A stretch of 64,000 bases of DNA from Leucoraja ocellata. Lineage: Eukaryota. Where the stretch lies: contig JAWMAR010000023.1 in the NCBI GenBank assembly GCA_036785375.1, forward strand, positions 6,324,001-6,388,000, read 5' to 3'. The notes beneath the pieces were generated by a model. That model was not told the origin of the DNA and made no database searches. It saw only the letters and a list, made by a program, of their open reading frames with translations. Position 1 is the first letter of the stretch, and every line of letters begins with the position of its first letter. Both the position numbers and the translations under genes were made by a program. Shown here piece after piece: positions 43,722 to 53,942 of this stretch.

Positions 43722-43883
43722 ATGTTATCAGAACACATTTTACCAATATACTGGGAAAAACTGTGATATATTCGTAAGGAACTCAGGATTCTATGGTGTG
43801 CTGTTTGGCGTGTTGGCAGGTGCTCTGCTCCTTCTAATAGTCATCATCATTGTCATTATATACTGGCGGAGAAAGAAATACAG
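43722..43883 (+). CDS. Mucin exon: end of EGF-like module and transmembrane helix (CYQNTFYQYTGKNCDIFVRNSGFYGVLFGVLAGALLLLIVIIIVIIYWRRKKY)
   Basis: Acceptor tttcttttggaag|, donor CAG|gtatgt; phase 2 to 2; long hydrophobic stretch followed by the RRKK stop-transfer cluster. Confidence 0.9.
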
Positions 43884-44004
43884 GTATGTATTAAGCTAAT
43901 GATTTCTTGTGTTGAACTTCCCTGTGAATGAAATGAGAACTTTCAATTCAAGCGGTTTGGAAAACGTTCTACTTTAATTATCCATTAAACTTTCACAATT
44001 TGTT

Positions 44005-44305
44005 ATTAAGTTGGAAAGGGTGCAAAATAAATTCATCAGGATGTTGCCTGGTCTTGTGGGCTTGAGTTATAATGAGACCCTGGATCAGCTGAGACTTTTT
44101 TCTTTGTAGACAGGAAGAGGAGAGGTAAACTTATTGAGTGACATAAGTTCATTAAGGACATGGATAATGTGAATGTTTGCAGTCTTTTCCCCAGGATAGA
44201 GGATTCTAAAATTAGAGGGCATAGACTTGCAGTGAGAGGAGAGCGATTTAAGAGCAACCTCAAAGGTATTTTTTTCACTCAGAAGTTAGTCTGTATTTGG
44301 AACTA
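44005..44305 (+). mobile_element. CR1-type LINE ORF2 3' fragment (degenerate)
   Basis: ttggaaagggtgcaaaataaattcatcaggatgttgcctgg ... ttttcactcagaagttagtctgtatttggaac, homologous to the copies at 49254 and 54170. Confidence 0.7.
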
Positions 44306-45155
44306 ATGTCATTGCAAAGGGCAATGGACATGACCATAGGAGGTCTACAGGCTGTGTCTTATGCTCAATTATTGCAGTTGCTTCATGAATGACTTCTGTC
44401 ATTAAGCTATATGCTGTGCTCTTCAGTGAAGATTGATTGACTTTTAGCTCCATTCATAGCTCTCTCGTATATTTCAGCAATTTGTGCAAAGCGTATAGCA
44501 AGACCTGGACAGGCTTGGGCAAGTAACATTTACAATTCACCTCCAACAAACTTCTTCTGGCTTATAATGGCTTCACCATCATCAAACTCCAGCACGGAAA
44601 TCGTTAGGAATTCCAATGGTCCACAATCAAATTAGTGGCCAAATAGGCAGTGAGCAACTTGTTTCTTGACTTCCTAAATCCTTTCCCACATGCATAAACA
44701 TGTTGTGGAATGCCCATTACTTGAATGATTTCAACCTCCACAACATTCAAAATGGTTGAAGACATCCATTTGATCTGCATTCCATCCATATCTTAAAGAT
44801 ACACTACCTCTGTCGCTGCAGTGAGTACTGTCTTCAGAAGGTTAGGCAGTGGTTTACAAAGTTTACTAAGGTTCCTGCAGAATCACCATCATCACCAAGC
44901 AGGACAACAGCACAAAGGAACATCACGACCACGTTCTCTTCAAATCACATTATTTCTTTATCATCAATCTTGGAATTTCTCTCCAAATGTATTAGAGGTA
45001 TCTTTACCAGATGGGCTACAGCAGTCTGAGGAGACATTGGCTCACACCTTTTCAAGGGCAATGAAGAGTAGACTATAAAATACTGGCTTTGCCACTCCCT
45101 AAAAATGAACAAAATCAATTAATCAAAAAATCTGATCTTCCCCTTTTCCTCTCAG

Positions 45156-45226
45156 ACATTCAGATCCTGGCACTCCACAGAAGTGGTACTCGATTGATGA
45201 AGAATATTTCAGGTTTCCACATACAG
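45156..45226 (+). CDS. Mucin exon: cytoplasmic tail 1 (RHSDPGTPQKWYSIDEEYFRFPHT)
   Basis: Acceptor cccttttcctctcag|, donor CAG|gtaatt; phase 2 to 1 compatible with both neighbours. Confidence 0.75.
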
Positions 45227-45734
45227 GTAATTGAATACCACCTTTGCATGCAATATAACCCACAACGTTTACCTTTCATACAAGTATTTTGATAGCATGT
45301 GACATATAAAATAATTGTATTGGTTGTCAGTTTAGACTTTTTGCCTAAATGCCCATCCTCTTTTTTAGAATGTGTCATTATCTTAGCAATGTTTAGCTAC
45401 AGTTTTTAACAAGGTGCTTAGGTTGATTCAAATGTTTCATTAGCTGGCATATTAAGTCAAAAGTCGTAGGTGTCTTCTCAGGTAAAACAAATTTGGATTC
45501 CATCCAAGTCTGATCAGAAATTAGGACCTCTGTGCAGTAGATGGAGCTCAATGGGATATATGGAGAAATGTTCTTAACCCAAAGTGTGTGACCTTCTCGG
45601 GTGAGCAAGCAGGCAAAGATTACAACGGCGTCTGTGTGCATTTAAAATATTTAGGTAATTTAGTTGGAGTTTCCACAACAATAAAAATAAAATATATATT
45701 TTGCATGCCAACTTCCCTGCCATTTCGCTGCCAG

Positions 45735-45779
45735 GAATCCAGGACAATCCTCAGTATCGACTCAGTGCTGTAAAAGGAG
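45735..45779 (+). CDS. Candidate symmetric 45-bp mucin tail exon (GIQDNPQYRLSAVKG)
   Basis: Acceptor ttccctgccatttcgctgccag|, weak donor GAG|gtgaca; phase 1-1, so it is skippable in frame. Confidence 0.45.
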
Positions 45780-46276
45780 GTGACAACGATGGCAGCAATC
45801 ATTTATTGACAATACTGGAAGAGGGATCCAATTGGCATTTCATTGTGTGTGGGGAAAGTGAGGCTATCATTCAAAGAGTGGACACACCTATGCTTTATAT
45901 CAGGAACAACAAACAATTTGCTTGAGGAACTCAGCAGGTCGAGTAGCATCTGTAGATGTCAAGGAATAGTCAGCGATTTGGGTCAAAACCTTGTATTAGG
46001 ATTCTCTGGCAAATTCTTTGTTGCTTCAGATGCCATCAAACACTTTATATCGCCAGTGCTGCTTGCAACAAAATAAATTGTATTATTATTTCAGTTAGTA
46101 TAGATGGTATTTTAGGACTTCAATGTACCCTGGTCATAGCATATCAACACATATTTCTCTCACATACAAAAACTGCAACTCACTGAACTTGTCTCAAAAT
46201 TTAGAGATTCTGCAGTAAAGCCATTATTGTGTCAAATGTTATTCCCCTCCCATCTCACCCCTCCCCCATCCTCCAG

Positions 46277-46428
46277 ATCTGACTACAGAGTCACTAGCGC
46301 CAAATACTGGCAAAACACTGGGGAGGAGAAAAGGAAGATACAACCTGGAAAATAATCCTTCATTCAATGACGATTTCGATTCTGGTGTCTGGAGACCAAA
46401 CTTAGACAAAGTAGATACAGAGGCTGAG
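46277..46428 (+). CDS. Mucin exon: cytoplasmic tail (DLTTESLAPNTGKTLGRRKGRYNLENNPSFNDDFDSGVWRPNLDKVDTEAE)
   Basis: Acceptor ccccatcctccag|, donor GAG|gtaaat; phase 1 to 0. The (F/W)RPNL..VD motif resembles MUC3/12/17 tails. Confidence 0.8.
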
Positions 46429-46534
46429 GTAAATTGAATGTTGCGTGCAATGTCATCGTGATCTTATAATCTATTGAGGAAAAATGGTTTATTATTGCCT
46501 TTAATAATGTGGCGATTTGTTTTCTCCCTGCCAG

Positions 46535-46579
46535 ATACGAGCCAAGCGTCCCGAAGTGGTTATGCCGGTTGATCAGTGA
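46535..46579 (+). CDS. Mucin last coding exon (IRAKRPEVVMPVDQ*)
   Basis: Acceptor ttttctccctgccag|; I-x-x-x-RP-x-V resembles the IRIQRPQV-type terminal exon of MUC17-family mucins; TGA at 46577-46579. Confidence 0.82.
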   Translation: MRAKRPEVVMPVDQ

Positions 46580-47220
46580 CAATTGATGCCAATGTTAGAA
46601 CGTCACAGCCCACAGTAGTTTAGACAACTTTGTTCAACATGTATTAACTAAAGGGCATTTAAGCTTCCCAAAACAAAGTTAAAACTATATTTTCAAAATA
46701 CTTTGTTTGTTGCATGAATATTTCTGAGAAATAAGAAAAATTCATACTGCTCAGTAACTCAGTTTAACATTTTTTTGTTTTTACAGTTTTATTGTTCCAG
46801 AAAGCTCAGTAATGATTTGATTGATATCAGTGTCCTATTATTTTCATGTTACAAGGTTTTCTCAGTTCTCAATGAGACAAATAAACAGTGATTCAATGCG
46901 TCTACGAATCTTCAAAACAAGAGGGAGAACGGAACAAGAGTGTTGTTGCATTTGCTCTTCACAATTAATGTTTGAATACAGTAATCTGGTCTATTTTGGG
47001 AATATAGGACAAAAAAAATGACGGAAAATCATTTTACTTCAGTTCTCGAACAAAAAGAATGAATACCTGGGTGGTGCACGAGGGTATATACATGGAACTT
47101 AAGCCAAATCACGGATATAACCTTTAAGAGAGGAAAGATTATATTATAATTACAATAAGACAGTGGGTTAATTGAAAACCTTGATTTAACATTCACATTT
47201 TTAGTCTGTTTAATTTTTGT

Positions 47221-47397
47221 AATAAACTTTTCAAATATTTTTTGTCAGAAAGCGTTAAGGAAAGTACATCTCTTGACTATTGTCGACTGTGATGTAGTTT
47301 AACTGTACAATAATTGTCCTGTTTATTTAATACCAAACTATTTTACTGACTCATTTACTTATTCTAAATTGAATATGACTGTTTACAGATAAATAAA
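47221..47397 (+). terminator. Candidate polyadenylation signals of the mucin gene (AATAAA at 47221-47226 and 47392-47397)
   Basis: AT-rich 3' UTR. The distal AATAAA has TGTA upstream (47304) and GT-rich sequence downstream. Confidence 0.55.
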
Positions 47398-47673
47398 GAA
47401 TTGTTGTATATGAATTGAATCTGCTTCGTGTGTCCACAAGTATATTGGCTGAATGTTCTCACTTTTAGTGGTAGAAAGTGCTGGGGAATGGTTTATAAAT
47501 AAGGACATTATCTTGACAACTATGACTTTTGAAATGCAAGGGATGAAAGCGAGAAGATAATCATTTGATATCAGTATTTTGGATCAAAGGGAGTTATTGA
47601 TCTGCCAAACTTCCCATTTCTCCAGGAGGCAGTTGATGGAATTCCAAGATGACTTGCAAGTGAGAGACAACAT

Positions 47674-47803
47674 TTGTAGGAAAGAACTGCAGATGCTGGT
47701 TTAAACCAAAGATAGACACAAAAAGATAGAATAATTTAGCAGGTCAGACAGCATCTCCGGAGAAAAGGAATAGACAACGTTTTGGGTCGAGACCCTTCTT
47801 CTG
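47674..47803 (-). mobile_element. Penelope-like terminal-repeat fragment
   Basis: gtaggaaagaactgcagatgctggtttaaacc...caacgttttgggtcgagacccttcttctga. Confidence 0.6.
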
Positions 47804-48354
47804 AATTGTCAGTTCCCATGCATGGTTTTGGCATAAATTGGTTTAGGATCAATGTGCATGAGGCAATGAGCACCATGTACATTCATAGAGAAATTAACAA
47901 ATTACATGTTTTAAATGCAGATGTATCTTACTTAAGGAGCATTTTTTTTTTAACTTCAAAACAAGCACAGATCCTAAGAGCAAGAAGTTTTTCTAGCTTC
48001 CTACATTAATATAGCATATGTCATTTTTTTCTGGCCAGCCCCAGAGTATTTCACAGCCAGTATTGCATTGCAGGCAAAACCAGAACTTTATCCACATGGC
48101 CGTCCGAAGGGGGCGGTGTGTTGGGTGTGACCGGATCCCCCTTTTTCCCCTCAGAGTAAGGAGGGAAACATTTTTTTAAAAATTCAGCGTTTCCAATTTG
48201 GAAACGGCCAGTTCTCCGTTCTCCCATCGCCAGGCGGAGGTGGCTGAATCTGAACCCAGCGGTTGTAACCCCAACGGCAGCCGCCACTACGATGGGGCCC
48301 GCTCCCCTCGCCTCCCCCCGCCGCCGGGCCCCAAGCCATCTCCCGCCCACACCA

Positions 48355-48885
48355 CCCACGCTGACCCCCGCTGGGCCCACGCCACCCCCGCTGGGCCCAC
48401 GCCACCCCCGCTGGGCCCATGCCACCCCCGCTGGGCCCACGCCACCCCCGCTGGGCCCACGCCACCCCCGCTGGGCCCACACCACCCCCGCTGGGCCCAC
48501 ACCACCCCCACTGGGCCCATGCCACCCCCGCTGGGCCCATGCCACCCCCGCAGGGCCAATGCCACCCCGCTGACCCCCGCTGGGTCCATGCCACCCCTAC
48601 TGACCCCCACTTGGCCCACACTAACCCCGCTGACTCCCGCTGGGCCCACACCACCCCCTCTGGGCCCATGCCACCCCCGCAGGGCCAATGCCACCCCTAC
48701 TGACCCCCGCTGGGCCCACGCCACCCCCACTGACTCCCGCTGGGCCCATGCCACCCCGCTGGGCCCATGCCACCCCGCTGACCCCCACTGGGCCCACACC
48801 ACCCCTACTGACCCCCACTGGGCCCACACCACCCCTGCTGACCCCCGCTGGGCCCACACCACCCCCACGCCTCCCCCACCACCCC
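48355..48885. repeat. GC-rich minisatellite, 20-bp unit GCCACCCCCGCTGGGCCCAY, degenerating to ~30-bp variants
   Basis: Near-perfect 20-bp periodicity visible over 48371-48550, then units with inserted CTGACCCCC(G/A). Confidence 0.9.
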
Positions 48886-48974
48886 CACTGGAAGGAGATT
48901 GATAGATTCTAGATTGATACGGGTGTCGGAGATAATGGGGAGAAGGCAGGAGAATGGGTTTGAGAGGGAAAGAT

Positions 48975-49207
48975 CTCCCAACTTCTATACTCAATACTCT
49001 GACTGATGAAGGCCAAAGTGCCAAAATACTTTTTGACCACCTGATATACCTGCGACACGACCTTCAAGGAACCATGCAACCCATCAACCATTCCTCTGCC
49101 CACGTGGCTAATTGATCCAGATCCTGCTGCAATCTTTCACAACCATCTTCACTATCTGCAAAACCACTCACTTCTGTATCATCAGCAAACTTGCTAATCT
49201 TGCCCTG
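48975..49207 (-). mobile_element. Inverted CR1-type RT fragment (ISKFADD motif)
   Basis: Reverse complement of atcatcagcaaacttgctaatc encodes ISKFADD; continues into the conserved LAFISQSIEYRSWE segment. Confidence 0.8.
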
Positions 49208-49253
49208 TTCCATGACGTTTCACAGAGTGCTGGAGCAACTCAGCGGGTCAGGC

Positions 49254-49850
49254 TGAGTATAGAAGTTGGGAGGTTACGTTGCAGTTGCATAAGAAGTTGG
49301 TGAGGCCGCATTCAGAGTATTGTATTCAGTTCTGGGCACCATGTTATACGAAAGATGTCATCAAACTGGAAAGGGTACAGTGAAGATTTACAAGGATGTT
49401 GCCAGGACAAGAGGGCCAGAGCTATAGCTAGAGTCCCAGCCTATAGGGAGAGGTTGAGTAGGCTGGGACTATTTCATGGAGCACAGGAGGATGAGGGATG
49501 ATCTAATAGAGGTGTATAAAATCATGATTTGGATAGATATGTTTGAGTCTTTTGCCCAGAGTAAGTGAATCGAGGAGCAGAGGACATAAGTTTAAGGTGA
49601 AGGGCAAAAGATTTAATAGGAATCTGAGGGGTATGTTTTTCACACAAAGGGTGGTAGGTGTATGGAACAAGCTGCCAGAGGAGGTAGTTGAGGCAGGGAC
49701 TATTACAACATTTAAGAAACAGTTAGACAGGTACATGGATAGGACAGATTCGGAGGAATATGGATCAAACGTGGGCAGGTGGGACTAGTGCAGATGAGAC
49801 ATGCTGGGCCGAAGGGCCTGTTTCCACACTGTATCACTCTATGACTCTAT
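49254..49850 (+). mobile_element. CR1-type LINE 3' end with actctatg-repeat tail
   Basis: ORF 49543-49788 gives SRGHKFKVKGKRFNRNLRGMFFTQRVVGVWNKLPEEVVEAGTITTFKKQLD, a classic CR1 ORF2 C-terminus; tail gggccgaagggcctgtttcc...actctatgactctat. Confidence 0.9.
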
Positions 49851-49852
49851 CT

Positions 49853-50125
49853 ATCTTTCCCTCTCAAACCCATTCTCCTGCCTTCTCCCCATTACCTCCG
49901 ACACCCGTATCAATCAAGAATCTATCAATCTCCTCCTGAAAAATGTCCATTGACTTGACCTCCACAGCTGTCTGTGGCAATGAATTCCACAGTTCACCAC
50001 CCTCTGACTTAAGAAATTCCTGCTCATCTCCTTCCTAAAGGAATGTCTTTTAATTCTGAGGCTGTAGCCACTGGTCCTAGGTTCTCCCAGTAGTGGAAAC
50101 ACCCCATCCAAATCCACTCCATCCA
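49853..50125 (-). mobile_element. CR1-type LINE 3' fragment (second subfamily)
   Basis: Minus ORF FPLLGEPRTSGYSLRIKRHSFRKEMSRNFLSQRVVN matches the CR1 ORF2 C-terminus. Confidence 0.85.
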
Positions 50126-50745
50126 GGTTTTTACCAGGCTGGGACAGACGGCAACAGCTTCACACCGTGCACCAAAGCTTGTGTCCTGTCCTGCATCACC
50201 CAAGGCAGCAGAGACGTTATAGGAGAGGGCAAGCACCGTAACAAAGTAGCTCACGAAGGTTTGGGTAACATTCAGGAATGTCTCTGCATGTCACATCATG
50301 AATATTACTGAAGAACGGTCTTGACCTGAAATACCTTTTCTCCAGAGATGCTGCCTGACCCAATGAGTTACTCCATCACTCTGTGAAACGTCGCCTATTC
50401 ATATTCTCCACAGATGCTGCCTGACCCACTGAGTTACTCCAGCACTTTGTGACTATTTTCCCTGTATCAATGCTGTGGCATTGATACAGTGATGATGCCA
50501 GCAACGGTTGCAAGGAGGATGTTGAGGGGCTTCAGGGATATATATAGACAGATTATGTGAATGGGCAAGGATATGGCAGAAAGAAAAATATGCAGAAAAG
50601 TCACTTTTGTATAAAATTAGAAAAATAGAGCATTTTTAAATGGTAAAATATGAAACGGTATTAGTGTTTGGAGGGGCATGGGTGACCTTGTGCACAATTC
50701 ACTGAAGGTCAACACATAGGTAGGTACAGAAAATTAAGAAGACAA

Positions 50746-51830
50746 TTTTAGAGTCATTGAGTAATATAGCACAGAAATAGTTTTTTCAGCCGAATGCATC
50801 CATGTCAACAGATGCCCATCTACGCTTGGCCCATTAGCTCTAAATAAGACATAACCCTCTAAACCTTTCCTATCCATCTACCTGTCCACAAATCTATTAA
50901 ATATTGTTATTGTACCTGTCTCAACCATTTCCTCTGGCAATTGTTCCATCTTGCACCAACCTCTGTGTGAATAAGTTGCCCTTCAGGATCCTTTTAAATG
51001 TTTCTCCTCTCACCTTAAGCCTATTCAACTTATGATTTTACACACCTCTATAAGAATGTTGCTCAGTCTCCGGCACACCAAGGAATAAAGCCCTCGCCCT
51101 ATAACTCAAGACCGCGAATTCTGGCAAATTCTTACAAATCTCCTTTCCACTCTTTTCAGTATAATGACATCTTTCCTATAGCAGGGCAACCAAAACTGTA
51201 CACAACTCTCCAAATGTGGCTTCACTTACATCTTGTACAACTGCAACATAACATCCCAACACCTGCACTCAATATCTAACTGATGAATGCCAGTGTACCA
51301 AACACCTTCTTCACCACCATCTACCTGTGACGCCACTTTAAAAAAAGTATGTACTTGTACTCCCAGGTCCTTCTGTTCTAGGACATACCCCAGGCCCCTA
51401 CCTTTCACTCTGAAGTCTGTTACCGGCTTGACTTTCCAAATTAGAACATCTCACACCTCTCTGAATTTCTTTCCATTTGTCATTCCTCAGCTCACATCCA
51501 GCTGATCCAGATCTCGCTATAATGTTTGCCAAACATCTTCACAGTTTATGATAACTTCTATTTTAGTAACATCTGCAAACTTACTAACTATGCCTTGTAC
51601 ATTCTCATCCAAATTATTTAAATAAATGACAAATAAACAATGGAGCCAGCACCAATATATTTGGCATGCCAATAGTCATGGGTCTCCAGTCTGAAAAATA
51701 ACCGTCCTCCATCACCCTCTGCTTCCTACCAAGGAGCCAATTATGTATCCAGCTAGCTCGTAATCTCCCTGACTAGCCTGCCATGCAGGACCTTGGCAAA
51801 TGGCTCACAAAATACCATTTACACAACAGT
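50746..51830 (-). mobile_element. CR1-type LINE fragment (RT C-terminal half to 3' end), nested in an older + strand CR1 fragment (~50480-50745)
   Basis: Reverse complement contains a KFAD-like motif (~51570-51588) and QKDLGVQVH (ORF 51226-51408); 3' tail motif near 50750. Confidence 0.8.
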
Positions 51831-52156
51831 AGCACATTTTTGGAACTATATTCACAAGAAAACCGTGCAGACTCGTTTGCGGAGTATATTTATAACTCAC
51901 TAGATTTCTAGATATTAAACAAATAATACTGAGAGTGCAGGAAAGTGACATTACGGCAAATGATAAGTCATGTTCTTATTGGAAGATGGAACTGGCCTGA
52001 GAGGCCATATATGGCTTTCACTGCTTTTATTTCTCAGGAGACACATTAATGGGAAGAAAAATATGTATGCATCTTCATATATCTTTAGATAGAGTGGACT
52101 TGACACTCTGAAAGTTTTACCATGCACCTGCTCAAAGTTCTAACTACGCCTCAATT

Positions 52157-52423
52157 TAAACAAAACCGGTGCCAACTTTTATAATATCACTTTCAGCTGC
52201 TTGGGGGCATGTAAAGTGAAACTCAACATAACAGCACAGCTCAGAATTAACACATTGCTGATACGGTAGCCATCGCAACACATTGTATTCAATGCAACAC
52301 GAGCAAGTGTGGATTGGCTGGTGCCCCCGGCCTTAGAGACTGTTGCCAACAACATTTCCTGCCGAAATTAACCGCAGATCCCGGGACACGAGTCGGTCCT
52401 CGCCGAACCGAACCGTGAGCCAG
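52157..52423 (+). promoter_or_regulatory. Candidate ODAD1 promoter and non-coding first exon: forkhead site, two RFX X-box-like motifs, inverted CCAAT box, splice donor at 52423/52424
   Basis: TAAACAAA 52157-52164; GTAGCCATCGCAAC 52266-52279; ATTGG 52313-52317; GTTGCCAACAAC 52342-52353; locally CpG-rich; CAG|gtagga donor. The ATG exon at 56787 has an upstream acceptor, which requires a 5' non-coding exon. Confidence 0.6.
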
Positions 52424-53395
52424 GTAGGAAGTGAGAATCTCTCATAGGTTACACCCAGATTTGCAAATTTGTTACAATAATCTAAATCTAATCTCGTAAA
52501 CATTTCCAGTGCAGTCTCCATTAAACCATTTCACTGCATCGAATCATGCATTACGATTCAAAATAATTTAAGGCTATTTCAACCAAAATGATTGCAAAAA
52601 GAACAAAGGTTCCCATTTCTTGCCCGGTCCAGTTTACTGGAATTTCTTCATCTGAAAAATTTCCCCGAATATTTATAAAATTCCACTGAAGCTTCAGCGA
52701 TAATCAATGCCAGTTCTTACTAATATTAGTCACCGTTGTGTTATATTTTGCTCTGTCGATGCTTAATGTTTCTGAATGAAAGGACCAAAGTCAGTTCGAA
52801 ATGGCATCGTGCAAATGCGCCGCGGTAACTTTCAGCGAGACTGGACAGGCCGCTGGCCTGGGCACGATCTTGGAGCAACCGCGTTATGAGGGAAATCACT
52901 CACACTATTCCTGATCACGAATCTCCAGTGATTCTCGGGGCTTTCGAAAAACAGTCGAATTTAAGTAAATTCCTCCACAGTTGAGAAACTGAGTGATGTT
53001 TAAAACGCACTTTCCAAGAAACATTTGGACAGATGTAAGAATTTAGAGGAATGTATGGGCTAAATATGTCCCAAATAGGACGAGCCTAGAATGCTAACAT
53101 GGTCGGCGTGGGCAACGCGGGCCGAAGGGCACACAGCTCTATGACTCTAATATATATTCCCCTCCCATGGGGTCTTCTTATTGCAAGTCAGGAGATGCCA
53201 TATCTGCCATTTTCCATCCTCCTTTCACACTTTACTGGGCCTCAAACTCTTAAGAAAACTTTTATTCTAAGAGGGTTGCACTACAAAATTAGAGAGGATT
53301 CGCTGTAACTATTGGAGGATGGTGAGATCACAGAAAAATTACTACAGCAATGCTTTTTCTCCCTCTCTAGATTCAGTCATCTCCCTCTGCTTACA

Positions 53396-53583
53396 GTTGT
53401 AGGAAGGAACTGCAGACGCTGGTTTAAACCGAAGAAAGACACAAAATGTTGGAGTAACTCAGCGGGACAGGCAGCATCTCTGGAGAGAAGGAATGGTTAA
53501 CATTTCGGTTGGACCATAAACGTCACCCATTTCTTCTCTCCAGAGACGCTGCCTGTCCCACTGAGTCACTCCAGTATTTTGTG
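53396..53583. mobile_element. Palindromic Penelope-derived short element (inverted terminal-repeat pair)
   Basis: acacaaaatgttggagtaactcagcgggacaggcagcatctctggagagaag is followed by its near reverse complement cttctctccagagacgctgcctgtcccactgagtcactccagtattttgtg. Confidence 0.75.
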
Positions 53584-53942
53584 CTATCGTCCCTCCACTT
53601 ACGCCTCCTCTAGGCAGATCATTTCCAATTACCAGACTCGCTCTCAGCCAGCACCACCTCTAATTTCACCAATGTGTGTTCTGGTCTCCATCCTAGTAAC
53701 AAACACTCTCTATGTTCTCGCAATGAACACTCCCTATGCTCTCTCTCCATCCCTAACCTTCCTCTGGAATTTAAAATATGCATGTTTTCTATTGTTGCCA
53801 AGATCTGATCAGATCTTAAAATATCAGGTCTTTGACCTGGAACATTAATCTGTTTCCGCCTCTACATATGCTGCCTGACCCGCTGAAAATTTCTAGAATC
53901 TGCAGTATTTTCTACTTTATGACAGAAGTTCTATAAGCAGTT

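Noticed and set aside
48371-48560. Regular short repeats resembling a CRISPR array
   Set aside because: Units are head-to-tail with no unique spacers, the context is eukaryotic and there are no cas genes.
48051-49024. Overlapping Pro/Gly/His-rich ORFs of 78-245 aa on both strands
   Set aside because: Produced by the stop-poor GC-rich 20-bp minisatellite; no splice or domain evidence.
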